Assembly (NCBI GenBank): GCA_045837725.1
Contig: JBEWZL010000163.1
Location: forward strand, 558,001-622,000
Reading direction: 5' to 3'
DNA from: Vermamoeba vermiformis
Lineage: Eukaryota
Length of the DNA stretch: 64,000 nucleotides
The translations under genes were made by a program, and so were the position numbers. The number at the start of each line of letters is the position of its first letter. The first letter of the stretch is position 1. The notes under the pieces are model-generated. The model ran no database searches. It was given only the letters and a program-made list of their open reading frames with translations, and had not been told where the DNA came from. This document shows positions 46,747 to 59,419 of the stretch, in pieces.

Positions 46747-48510
46747 ATGGAAATATTGCCGACAGAAATTATTCTATTGATATTTTCCTTTTTGGATCCG
46801 TTCACGAGACCTACAGCTCGATTAGTTAACCATCCATGGCGCTCATTAATTATTGGCACGATGCATTTATTTCATAAAATATCACGGCCAAGATTTGAAC
46901 AAAAAATGACACAGTTAGGGCAGATGCAAGATCAACTCGCGTTAAAATTTGACTTCAATCGACATTTAGAACAAGACGCAATCCAAAATAGTCTCACAAA
47001 ATTACGAAATCTCGTGGTATTGGATTTATCTAACCTTCGCCAGCTTGGAATTAGCCTCAGCGCACGATCAACAGTTTTAGATCGGCTCGAACGACTAAAA
47101 ATCTTTCGCCCGCCAACTGATGTTATCAAAGCATTAACGCGAATTAAACAGCTTGATATGCAATACGACTTCTTAAATGCCAGAAAATTCGATATTTCAA
47201 CGACAATAGAAGATTTCGCTTTTACATCCGTTATACGTCAAGAGATAGATCCGGACAGCTTATTTCAGCTTACCGAACATCATTCGCGATTAACACGAGC
47301 ATATTTTGCCTGCGACATAAGCAATTTAATTGGAGGATTTTCAAGCTTAACAAAATTAACAAATTTGCGCGATCTGCACATCCTCAACACTGGCATACCA
47401 CGACCTAAATTAAACATATCAGGTCTTAATTTAATGTCATTATATATTTGTGGGGTTACAATTTCAACGGAAGACATTGCTAGTTTGACAAAATTAACGA
47501 AGTTGGTTTGGTTCGACGATGTGGATGTGGAGCAATTAGCGCAGTTAACTAATCTTCGAAGCATTGATATTAGCTACAATAAGGCAAACACCACATTTTG
47601 GACTGCATTGACGAATTTAGAAGACATTAATACTTCTTCGGTAAAAGAGACAGGAAGTGCCTTGCCATACTTACCGTCGGAGAAATTAACGAAATTAGCA
47701 TTCACCATTGCAAAAGGAGGATATCAAAATAAGAATATAGAGGATAACATTAATAGATTAAGCCATTTGAAGACATTACGATTTCACGTCCAAACCAACT
47801 TTGAATGCAAAACCGGAATTTCGCTTCCAAATTTATCAAATTTATCATTAACGCTCAAATGTCACAGCATAGATTTAAGAGAGCTGCCTAGTTTGAAAAT
47901 TTTATCACTAAGATTGAACCAGCCGTTGCAAAAACTAGATCTGCCGACCAAATTGGAACAGATTGGTTTGTACAGCAGCAAATCGAATAACATAGAGAAG
48001 CCAGTACGAGCAGAAATATTACCAAATTTGGCAAGTATGACAAGATTGAAAAAATTGCTAGTGTGTTGGCCGAACGGATCTGTCGATGTCGTTCATGAAA
48101 ATATCTCGCAAATGACGCAATTGGAAAACCTGTCTATTAATATGGAAAACTCAACGCTCGATGAAGAATTATTGCAAAGCTTGACCAACTTAACGACATT
48201 AGACATTGATACGAATTTGAAAAATAATTCAGGCAACGGCTCATTTATGTCAGGAATGACTCAGTTGCAAAAGCTCGTGTTGACACAGTACGCGTGCAAT
48301 AACGAGTGCATTATTGGACTTTCCAAATTTGGAAATTTAACGCACTTGGCGATACCGAAGTCACTTGGCGACATTCAATTCGAATCCGCGATTCGTTTAA
48401 CGAATCTGCAATACCTGTGCCTTAAAATTGAATACGAGCAACCTTATTATGACCTTCGAGACAATCTACAAGCAAAATTGCCTTATTTGAAAGAGTACCA
48501 ACCATCATAA
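46747..48510 (+). CDS. Intronless F-box/LRR protein (587 aa)
   Basis: MEILPTEIILLIFSFLD...ARLVNHPW F-box; many LTKLTNLxxL repeats. Confidence 0.85.
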   Translation: MEILPTEIILLIFSFLDPFTRPTARLVNHPWRSLIIGTMHLFHKISRPRFEQKMTQLGQMQDQLALKFDFNRHLEQDAIQNSLTKLRNLVVLDLSNLRQLGISLSARSTVLDRLERLKIFRPPTDVIKALTRIKQLDMQYDFLNARKFDISTTIEDFAFTSVIRQEIDPDSLFQLTEHHSRLTRAYFACDISNLIGGFSSLTKLTNLRDLHILNTGIPRPKLNISGLNLMSLYICGVTISTEDIASLTKLTKLVWFDDVDVEQLAQLTNLRSIDISYNKANTTFWTALTNLEDINTSSVKETGSALPYLPSEKLTKLAFTIAKGGYQNKNIEDNINRLSHLKTLRFHVQTNFECKTGISLPNLSNLSLTLKCHSIDLRELPSLKILSLRLNQPLQKLDLPTKLEQIGLYSSKSNNIEKPVRAEILPNLASMTRLKKLLVCWPNGSVDVVHENISQMTQLENLSINMENSTLDEELLQSLTNLTTLDIDTNLKNNSGNGSFMSGMTQLQKLVLTQYACNNECIIGLSKFGNLTHLAIPKSLGDIQFESAIRLTNLQYLCLKIEYEQPYYDLRDNLQAKLPYLKEYQPS

Positions 48511-48721
48511 AGCGCTAATTTCAAAATTATTCGCCTTGTCTGACCAAGTAAACGAACTCGTTAATTTTTTTCAAATAATTAAATAATTTCTTGTTTAAAA
48601 ATGATCAATTGGATCCACGAGTCTAGGCTTGGTTTGTAAACCTTTTTTATTAACGAAAATTAAATAGTAAAAAGTACAAGTGTTTCAATTGTTTTTGTAA
48701 CATTGTTATAAATAATTGCTT

Positions 48722-51280
48722 TTAATGTCTGCAAGCATCAACGATATCAGCCACGCCACATCCAGCCACGATCAGGCCTTCGAGCAGCAAAATTGGAACG
48801 AAGACAATAGCGTATGTTCTAGGCACCTCGCTACCTTCAACGTTATATATAATCATATATAAGAACGAGAAGAAAGGTGCAAGCAAGACCGCCCAGCAGC
48901 CCAACACGATCAGCAGGACCAAGATTCGATCTTCGCGCAGAATAGTGTTTTGACGCAACCATGCCTCGCGACTTGAGCAGTAGTATAAGAACAATAGTAT
49001 TGAAGGCACGATAACAAAGGTGCCCATAATAACCCAAATTGGAATGAACACGATCCACCTTAAAAAAACCGATCAATAAAATATTCTGTTATTGCATGGC
49101 TAATTAATCCAACAAATTCGATGTAATATAAATCCGTATATTAATTCTTACCAGTTGAATGTCACGTAGAAATCGAGTTTCAACCAAAGCAAGATCAAGA
49201 AGGCCAAAAGGAACAACGCAAAAATACCAAACATAACTCTTTCAAACTTGTAGTCGCCCCTATAATACCATATTAATATTGTATACGAAAATGAACAATA
49301 AAATCGCTAAAATAACGAATTCGAAATTTTAACGGCAGATCTTGATCGAGTTTCAACTTACTCGCTAAACTTAGTGCCAGTAACGCAACCGCTAAGAGGA
49401 GCTTGTGATGCTAATATACACAGCACCCATAATGGAATGAACACCGCCCACCAAGGAAGTCTAAAATAAAAAATTTAGTCAGTTACGCGAGCAGGTCACT
49501 TTCGATAAAAATTTCTTGGCTATAAATAGCCTATTATAGTAATCGATAGTATATTCATATAGTCACTCACAAGTCTAAGTTTGAGAGCTTTAAGCCTAGC
49601 AAAATGAAGAAAGCTATGAGCAGCACAATTGTCGTGTGGATCATCATGCGACACGGTACTTTCATAAAAATCTCCCACACTGAAATTCTTTGCGCAGCTG
49701 TTTAAATAATAGAATATTAATACAAACGCGATGCAAATGATTATTTAATTGAAATAACATTATTAGGATTAAAAAAATTGGGTTTTTTTGTTGCTGATTT
49801 TTGGTCAGATCCGGACTCAAAATCCAATCATAATGGAAGGCTTATTAATATCATATAATACGTACCTATATTATCCGCGAGCTCCTCATCGTACATAACA
49901 CGAGCTGCATCGTGGGTAAACGTAGCAATAATGACTTGACCAGCCAAAACGAAGAACGGGATCAACACAATCGGCCATTCCCAGGTCACAGCACCTGCAA
50001 ATTAATATTAGCACATGATTATATATAGCTTATGTAATATATACGTACCATCGAGTTTGATCACTAAGAAAATTGTGCCTAATAACAGTGCGCCAATTGT
50101 AAAATAATCGCTGACCCTTGTAAACATCATGACGCGCATGAATCGCTCGCAACCAGCCGCTAAATAGTGCCATATTAATATAGGACCGTTATATTTACGT
50201 AAAAGTATCAATCGTAAATTTTAGAAATTAAAATACAAATTGAAAAAACGCATCTCAGATTGTAGACACTTTGAACTCGTTAAATCAAGTATATTTCGTA
50301 ACTTTGCATAATATCCTATAGTAAGTACCTTTTTCGCGTCGCTTTTGCTGTCTAAGAGTGTCTTTACGGATTTGTTCTTCGCGCACCAATCGATCAGCTT
50401 CAGCTTTTTGCCATCGCTCCTCTTCCTTGTATTTTTGCATGAAATACAGTTTATTGCGAGGGATGGAAGCCTGAATAATATTAAATTAACATTAGAATCA
50501 GATCTAAAAAGACTGAAAACACAAGCTCATTGCAATCCGAAAATTTAATATCTTTAACCATATTTATGCTAGCTAACATCCTCTATAGATTGATTGATAA
50601 GCGTACGTAATTATAGAAATCATTTAGAACGTAATTAAGCTAATCGAAATTCTAGATTTCACTAACGGCCAAAAAATGAAATTAAATTCAAAAAATTCAA
50701 ATAAAATCCAAAGACTTACTGCGCCAGCGCCAGCATGCCATAGCTTTGCTTTCTCCTCCCACAAATCAGTATCAAAGCTCATTTGGTGAAATCGGTTATC
50801 AACTTCCGCCACTTTAAATAGTTCCCTTTCTTTCAGATACGAAAAGACTCGTACGACCAATTCATCGGGGAGCGTCTCAAAATAATTGACTTTAGGTCCA
50901 TTATCTTCTGCCGCGGCCGTGGTAGAAGTTGTGTTTGTCGCATTCACCAGCTTGTCGTGAGCCAATCCCGGGTCATCCTCGTTATCGACTTCAATGACTT
51001 CGAGTGCTTCTAAACTACTCTCTTCCATGCTATTTTCTGCCAATTTTAGCGGCGTAGTATCGGCCACTGGTGAGGGCTGTTTATTATTGTTGGATGGGCC
51101 ATTACTTTTCTTGCTTGACTTGGAAGAGCTTGAAGATGACGAAGACGAAGACGATTTTAACAATTGTTCTTGATTATTGTTGGTATTATCCGTGAATAAT
51201 TGTTCTGCTGGAGCAATGTGCAACGACTTGCTCGATGAGGAGCTACTCGAACCCGTATCTGACTCAGAGCTCGATGACAT
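48722..51280 (-). CDS. F-box protein with TMEM185/FAM11-like multi-pass membrane region, multi-exon
   Basis: F-box FETLPDELVVRVFSYL...VAEVDNRF...DLW; repeated LKLD...W(W)xVFIPxW helical hairpins. Confidence 0.75.
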
Positions 51281-52147
51281 TTGCTGTAACACTCAACAAA
51301 AATATAAATAATTGTTGAGGTTACCTCTGGGTAAAACTAGAATTCAAACCCGTGCGTGAAAAAATCTCGTTTGGAAGAGCGCTCTGTGATTGGTCGGTTT
51401 ATTTTTAGGCTCAGAAACGCGATTAGCTTAACAGAACCATTTATTTATTGTAAAGAAATGCGTAACATGACAATTATTACTACATTTAAAGCGTAAAAGA
51501 TTGATTGCTGAAGATCCTTTTTTTGTTGTAACATCATCTCAACTACTCATCTGCACGATGTTGTATGTTACTGCTGGGAAAAATCTTCAAAATAATTATT
51601 ACAACTACTTCACGAGGAAAAGATGGAAGGTGAAAAACATGAGTTGGGATCCATCCGAAAAATTAACTACAACAATAACCGGTAAAATTCGATTAATAAT
51701 TTCGTAGCATTATTTTTGCATTGTTAAACATATTTCGAACCTTAATTAATTTTGATTTCGAAAACTTAAATTTGAAATTTAGAAATTGCCGTGTAAATAA
51801 TTCTGTCAGCAACTGGCTAACTGTTTATACCATAATTTGAGTAATATGCGCATAATAATTGCTTTGTTAAGTAGATTAAACAGATGCACCTCGCGTACCA
51901 ATCGCTTAGTTGAGATCAGGGCGGTGGGACCTTAGGGATCCGAAACTAATTTGCACTGATAGCAAAGATATTTAGTAGGTCTTTAGAAAGGTACGCAACT
52001 ATTCCCTAACCCAAAAACAACGTTAGACCTGTTTTTTGGCCGTCACAAAATTTTGCCTGTCAAATTTGTGTTCGGGACGGCCAAAAAACCATAAATTTGC
52101 AGCTTCGAGGCTAACAAATATCTCAGTCAACAAACAAACACAACACA

Positions 52148-53577
52148 ATGCTCAGTACACTTAATACTTATCGTTACGATAATAATACGCAACAATGGAC
52201 CGTTGCAAATGAATCAAGCGGATCCGCTATTAACGCCCGTACAAAACTTCGTGTCGCGACTTTGAACATTTTGCATGACCGTTACTACTTCCCGTGGCAA
52301 GCTATTGTTCGTTCACAAGAGCGGTATAATCATTTAATCAATGAATTGAAGACATTACAAGCTGACATTATTGGCTTAAACGAAGTCACTGTCACCGGTT
52401 TGAGTTACTTACTTGGTAAAAATTTTAAAAAATATTTATAAACGTATACAAGCCCAAATATAATCAATATACTATACGATCATAATTATCCATCACTATA
52501 ATCAATTTTAAAAATTATTCTAAGCTATATTTTTTTTGGTGACTAAAACTTCCGATTGAAATTTCGCTTTTGAACGACTTGACATTCGCCTTGTCTATCA
52601 TATTATTATTATCTAACTATTTGGGTGCAGCTAACGAATGGATTCGCTCCAATTATTACGTCAGCGATGTTCCTTCGAGCAACGGTAAAAGCGCGCAACA
52701 AGAGACCTTTGGCGCACCATATTCCTTCCTTGGTAACTTGTTGCTAAGCAAGATACCCTTCAATGAGTTGTATTGTTGGCGCTTTAGTGCAGCTTGCAAG
52801 CCCCTTAATAGAGGTACGTAACCGTTTTCTTTGACGCATTCAATGCGCGACCTAACATAAACAGCTCCGCATGTTAACATCAGTATTACTGTAGCCGCTA
52901 TAATTGGGGTGTTCGATGCGGTATCAGATGACGGATCTAAAATCAAGCTCGGATTTTGTTCCATTCACACAACTGCGTACGAAGACAAATTTAAAGTACG
53001 AGAAATTCAATTCGAAGAAATCACGCAAGTACTTGACACCAAGTTGCAATTGGACGAGTACTATCTGATGGGCGACATGAACTTGCATTTGAAAGAAGAA
53101 GACGAGCAAGTTGAACGATTGGGCCTGGTTGATTTGTGGCACGAAACGCACAAGTACGACCACCATCTCATTGAAAATAGTTTCACGTTTGATGCCAAAA
53201 GAAACACGCTCGTGCAAATGACGTACTTGAACTTAGAGCGCCGTCAAATGCGACTTGATCGAGTGTTTTGGAAGTCTAAAAATAGAACTGAAAATCGGAA
53301 GAGATTTCATCCAGCTACTGAATTACGTGTTTGGGCTGACCAGCCTGTCGCAGAGGGCGATTACTTGTTCATTAGCGATCATTTCGGTCTCTATTTAGAC
53401 ATCACTAATGACCCGGATCAAGCGATCGACGTTGACCATAGTACTCAGGGTGAAGTTGATTGGCCCCAGAAATCGTTCTCATCGCTTACCAAAAGAGGAA
53501 AAATCGACGCTGGTCTCGGAATGCTGTCTGCTGTGTGGAACGTCGCAAAGACTCGCATTACCAAATTAAGAAAGTGA
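52148..53577 (+). CDS. Endonuclease/exonuclease/phosphatase (EEP, TDP2-like) protein, 3 exons
   Basis: VATLNI, DIIGLNEV, GNLLLSK, GDMN, RLDR, SDH. Confidence 0.85.
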
Positions 53578-53701
53578 TGAAGATTTCATTATACCGCTCC
53601 TATATTTCGTTATTTTAAATTGATTCTGTTATAAATTGAGTATTCATTACAGTCTTTTGCGCGCCAATTATTTCTTAAAATTTTATTAGTAATTACATTA
53701 T

Positions 53702-56700
53702 TTACTCATCTACTGAAGTCGAAGAACTACTGCTACTACTGCTATCTTCGTCTACTGCAGGTTCTTCCGCTGGTGCCTTCGCCGATCCGTCGGTTTGCTT
53801 TTCCGCAGATTCACCAGGGTACTTCGTTGAATCGCCCGTTGAAGCGCCATTAGATACTGTTGATTTGCTAACAATATTCTCCATAACAATATTAATATGG
53901 GATCTTCCTGTCGACGAAGTTGAAGATCCGCCGCCACTTTGATTCGGGTTATTGATAGCGATACGTAATTTCGGTACAAATAAGAGTAGCAATGTAACCG
54001 AAGGGATCCATAATATTAACACATTAGCGAGTACGTAGTATGCGTCGAATCTCATGGGCAGGAAATAAACTAATGGCAAAATGACTGCCGATACGAAGAA
54101 AATATTGTAGGTCTGAAATAAAGCCAGGTTAATATTAATACTCGCTTATTTTATATTTTTCTTACCGAGAATCCAATCTGCTTCGACTCGTTGAAGTCAC
54201 TTCGCACGTTTCTGGTGGCTACAGCAATAAACATGCCGAAGATTAAAACCGCAGCCTGGATAAAGTTAGACAAATTAAGTATTTGATGAGAATACACGTA
54301 CTTTGTAGACGATGAGTACTAGCTGGAAAGTAAGTGCATTCGGAGAATAACAGAAGACATTGCGCTGCAGATCCGACGTAAGTTCCGACGCGAACAATTC
54401 AACCGTCATCGGCTCCATAGCAGTCCAAGTGATTAAGACAACGTTAACAGGAGTTAAGGAACCAAAATGAACGTAAGTAGCAATATACAGTCGCTTATAG
54501 TTATTAAAAGGATATGAGTTCAGGCACCAAAAATAGACCGCAGAATATGAACAAGTGTTTGTCTTGAATTACGCGTACTCGAAGAGTCTTAGCGTTACGA
54601 AAGATAACCCAGACTCGCCAGCTCTTAGCGAACAAGCACCTATCGAGATCCGATGCATTAGTTTGTTCATGAACGAGAATAATACTTACGCGTATAATAA
54701 AATGAAACCAATATTGACTAGCCAGGCTCTAGCAATACAAGTACCAGTAGTTGGTCGGCCAGTCCATAAAAATACAGCCGCGTAACCAACAATAGCTGTT
54801 CAAAACTCGGTCAACAAAAGTCAACGCCAAATAAATTGATTACGTACCTGCTCCTTGAATGAAAAAACAAAACAATGGCGATGCTGAAGCGAATACTTTG
54901 ATATTTCTGAATCTTGCGGTCAGGACAATAAGCACCTAAAGTACATTAGACAAAATTGCCGAACACGTGTATGAAGTTGAAATTCGCGTTACATACGACG
55001 GTACCAGCAATACAAATAGCAGCAAGCACCATAAATGCAATACCAAGACCTCCAGAGTAAGGAACATACAGCTCTGATCCGAAAATTATGTTTAAATTCA
55101 AACTTTTAAAACTCTTTCTTACCTTCTATAACAATTGGAGGAACTATAATATCACCCAAGTCGACTATGTCTGGCAGAACGAAGTTCATAGAGAGGATCT
55201 GAGCGTCCGACAAACAATTGCCAGGCAATTCTAAAAAAGGCAAGTCCGTTACAAATGCACATTAAGTAACTGCGTAATTCAAAATGTTGGCTATATTTAT
55301 CGTTTATGTTTGTATTCTTGCATTTTAAATTAAGCTCGTAATTATTGAACTTACGTGGATTGAATTGAGCCATCGCTTCGCCACAATAAACTGTATCATT
55401 GCCCAAAATAAACTGGTCGCGGTAATAATTCACTAATTGAAGAGCTGTCCTATTCGAGCGCACAAGTTGACTTAGTGGTGCTAACCGAACAGATCCCTTA
55501 TCCCAACCGCTAAATCAAAATTGTTAGCCTATCGTATCTCAAAGTATATCTCGCTTACTAAAATAGACTTTGATTGCTCCACGTGCCATTGAGCAATCCA
55601 AGCACGTGATGGATGTAGATCTCGCTCCAATCGAATAGCGTCGACGTCAACACGCTTTCACCGTAGAATACTCGCGCGTCACTCGAATATCCAATGCTCA
55701 TGAAATTATTCTCGCGCGCATATTTGGATGCAAAGATTGAGGTCTGGTAGCTGTCGATTAAAAGTTAGAATAGTATTTCGGCTACAAAGGACATATCGCG
55801 ATGGGACGTTAATTTGACATTAAATCATAAATTCTTAGCAGTATAATTAGTACTTGAAATGTGCTACTGAAACATTTCAAAAAATGCGTGACACGACACG
55901 TGCACTTGTCAAAAATGTCACTTGGTAATGCTGTCATACCTCACGACGTCGATGCTGTAATTCGATTTGAGACTATCCAATCCATATTCTTCGACTGTAG
56001 TATTCAGAAAGGTGTTGGCCCAATATAAATACATCGTGGCACCCGGATTGGCGTATTTAAGGCCCAAATAAAACGCATTCAGGTTGTATTTAACTACAAT
56101 AGCATCAATATTAGTAGATTTTACGCTAAAAAGGAATTATTAACAGCTAAAGCCGTAAATTAAAAATCACATCTGCGGAGAAGATCCGGATCCATGAATT
56201 TTGTTCCCCAATTCCCCAATCAAATGGTCAAATCAGCGAGAGTATCGAATATACATACTACGGGTAAATTTTAAAGCGTAAATATGAAGATCAAAGATTA
56301 CCTTGTGAATTACGAACAGCTGCCAAATACCCGATCTGATCGTTTCTCGTCAATGAACCAGCGATGATGCCGCTCAAAAATCGAGCTTGATAAATCTTCG
56401 CAAAGGCCCATGCTAAATTATCTGTAGTCGTGTTTCCTCCGATCTTTTGATTCAAGAGCAATTATTAAAATGATTTTGAATTGTGTGCATCTGCCTGTAA
56501 TTGCAATTTAACTTACCGATAAGTGTTTAACGTTCGTATATTTCTTAGCGGCCTCCACGGCGCATTTGTTGAACGTTGAACTGCAATAAATGACCATGTG
56601 AAACTGCCGATCGACAAAAGTGTTCACCACAGACAAGCAGTCATCAAGCCTAGCATCAGTTGGCGCAACTTCTACGTACTCTGAAAGAATCTCGTATTGT

Positions 56701-56970
56701 CTGTCGAGCATTTCGTGCATTTTTAAGCGGCCTTGGTCGTGGGCGTAGGTCCATCCGAAGTCTGAAATGTTATGCTGGTATAAAAACGCTACTTGAAGTG
56801 CATTGCCGTCTATAGAATATAATGTTGTTAATAATAAGATATATAGCATATACACAGATTCTGCAATTGCGATCTAACGATTTTAAGTTTATTTTACCTT
56901 GTTTGCTGGCGGATCGCACTGCTGACAATAAAAAGCAGCCGATAACAATTAGAATAGCTGTTCGTAACAT
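53702..56970 (-). CDS. Class C (GABA-B-like) GPCR with BMP-type periplasmic-binding ectodomain, multi-exon
   Basis: Signal peptide; VAFLY...DFGWTYAHDQGR (BMP-like); 7TM motifs KSWRVWVIF, RNVRSDFNESKQI, LLFVPK. Confidence 0.85.
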
Positions 56971-57830
56971 GAATGGTACGTGTTGTGTTATCGGTCAGCA
57001 CAATGAGCCAAAATGTGTGAACGATACGACAGGACTGGAATTGTTTTTTTTGTGACCGGTCCCAAAATGCCAGACCCCACGCAGAAAACTCAAAAAGTGT
57101 CCTGTAGAATCTCAACACTAGGCTTGCTAATTGGCCTATTGTCTTGGAGAAACCTATAAAACAAATGAGTGAAAAGATCCAAGTTCTTGTCTGACAACGA
57201 TCGAAGGCAGATTTGTTGTCTATTGGCAATTTTTATAATTAATATTTAGGTACGTCGAAAATATTTTAATAACATATTATCAGCCACCAATATAATAACG
57301 TGGGACTAAAATTTAAAATTTGGACTTACCACCAAGTCGTATCTTTTAGAACCAATCACTCGAGCAACTTGAAGCTCATTAAATTAAAAATTAATATAAT
57401 ATTACATTATATTTAATTTGAGGATACTGCTGCTGTTCTGTTGTTTGACGAATAAAAAAAACGCGCCAAACGTGTTGTAAGCTGCTAAACAGCAATGCAG
57501 CACCACAGCTCATGGCCGCTGCGAGTTACATGGGTAACTTGTTCCTACGTTTATGCTGACTGCAATATTGCAGTATTTTCAGCTCATAACCCTGACGTAG
57601 GTAAAAAAAGTAGTTTGGTTGCCGTATTTTTGTTAATTAATTTATTATAATCCAAATAATTTACTTGTGTTATTTACGTTGCCCATATATTTACGAATTA
57701 GATAAAGATATTCGTTAATTTTCATTTTTTTGCCTTGGTATTTTCCATCAAATTTCGGCCACCCTATTTGTTGCAGCTGGACGATTTGGCATTTTATTAA
57801 TTACTTTAATAGTGAATAACACACCTCAAC

Positions 57831-59265
57831 ATGGAAACTCTTTCTAAAGCCACTGGATCCTTTGGATCTCGTTTGTTGGATCTTTTGTCCTCAAAAACTA
57901 GCGAAAACATTTTCATCTCCCCGACCAGCATCATGTTTGGTACGTGTATATTATTGTATTACATATGAAGCTCATATTCTACGTAGCTTTGGGCATGGCC
58001 TACGCTGGATCGCAAGGCGAGACCAGAAAAGAAATGGAGAAAGCTTTGCAAATGAACGAAAACAGTCTTAATGAGCTCTCTAAACTCTCTCAACAAATCA
58101 AGGATATTTCCGAGAACGAATTGAACATTGCCAATTCAGTTTGGGTCTCCAAATCCGTGGAGCTTCAAAAGGTACGAAAATTTTTCATGCCTAAAGCACG
58201 TATCGAACATATCTAATATTAAAATAATTAGGACTTTCAATCTAGGGTCTCAAAGCTTGACGCATTAGTCCAACAATGCGACTTCAAAACGCAATCTGGC
58301 GAAGCCGTAAAGCAGATCAACAAATTTGTCGCTGACGCTACTAAGAATATGATCCCTTCTATTATGGATAATATTGCATCTAATACTATTTGGATTTTGG
58401 TACGTTTTCTCGGGGATCTAACCTCTTGAAATTTTCTCTAATAGTTTTTCTTTCTAGGTCAACGCAGTTAGTTTCAAGGGAAAGTGGGCGCAACAGTTCA
58501 GTCCTGAAATGACTCAAAAGTCTCCGTTCATCAAGCTCGATGGCAAGCAGATCATGGTAAGCGTTCTTTGACTGGATCGATTCGCTGCAACAACATCCGG
58601 CCACAAAACTGAACTTGCTGCAAAATCCTTAAATATAGAACTATTATATTGGTTTAGTCGTCGATATTAATAGTATGCCATTTTAGGTCGATATGATGCA
58701 TTTGAAAACAAATGTTCATTTCCACGAGTCGCAAGACTTCAAATTGCTCGAATTACCTTATTTGGGCGAAGAACTTTCGATGTTCGTAGCATTGCCTAAC
58801 AACAATGGCGAGAAGGACTTGGGTCGACTCTGCTCTCCTGAAATTCTCGACGGAATTTTGGCGAATCCGCGACAAGGCATGGAAAGCAAGCGCAAAGTCG
58901 ATGTTTTCTTGCCCAAATTCAAGTTTGATGCTGGCTATCACCTAAATGGATTTTTAGCCCAATTAGGCTTGTCACGTGCTCTTTCCAAACAAGGTGAATT
59001 TGGTGGAGTCGCTTCCCAGCCAGTCTACATCGACGACGTGATTCATAAATCGTTCGTTGAAGTCGATGAAGAAGGCACTAAGGCAGCAGCAGCTACTGCT
59101 ATTAAAGCCCGCGCTCTCGCTATGGTTCAAAACCCGACTTTCAATGCAGATCATCCGTTCTTGTTCTTCATCTACCATCATGGAGCTAAACAGCCTTTGT
59201 TCATCGGTCGCGTAACTGACCCTACTAAGAGCAGCACTGGCGAGCTCTCTGCGACTCAGTCTTAA
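57831..59265 (+). CDS. Intracellular serpin, 5 exons
   Basis: ENIFISPTSI, IANSVW, INKFVADATKNMI, VNAVSFKGKW, LELPY, VFLPKF, EVDEEGTKAAAAT hinge, FNADHPFLFFI. Confidence 0.95.
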
Positions 59266-59419
59266 CTACATAGCTCCCTATAATATTTCGTTCGAAAATA
59301 AAATTGATAAAATTTTGTAACGGAACAGCTTTCTCTTGTAGTTTCAGCTTTGAAGCATGTATCCTATGAAGAAGTGTATATTCTACATATTCATATTGTT
59401 ACATTACATCAGGAGCCTC

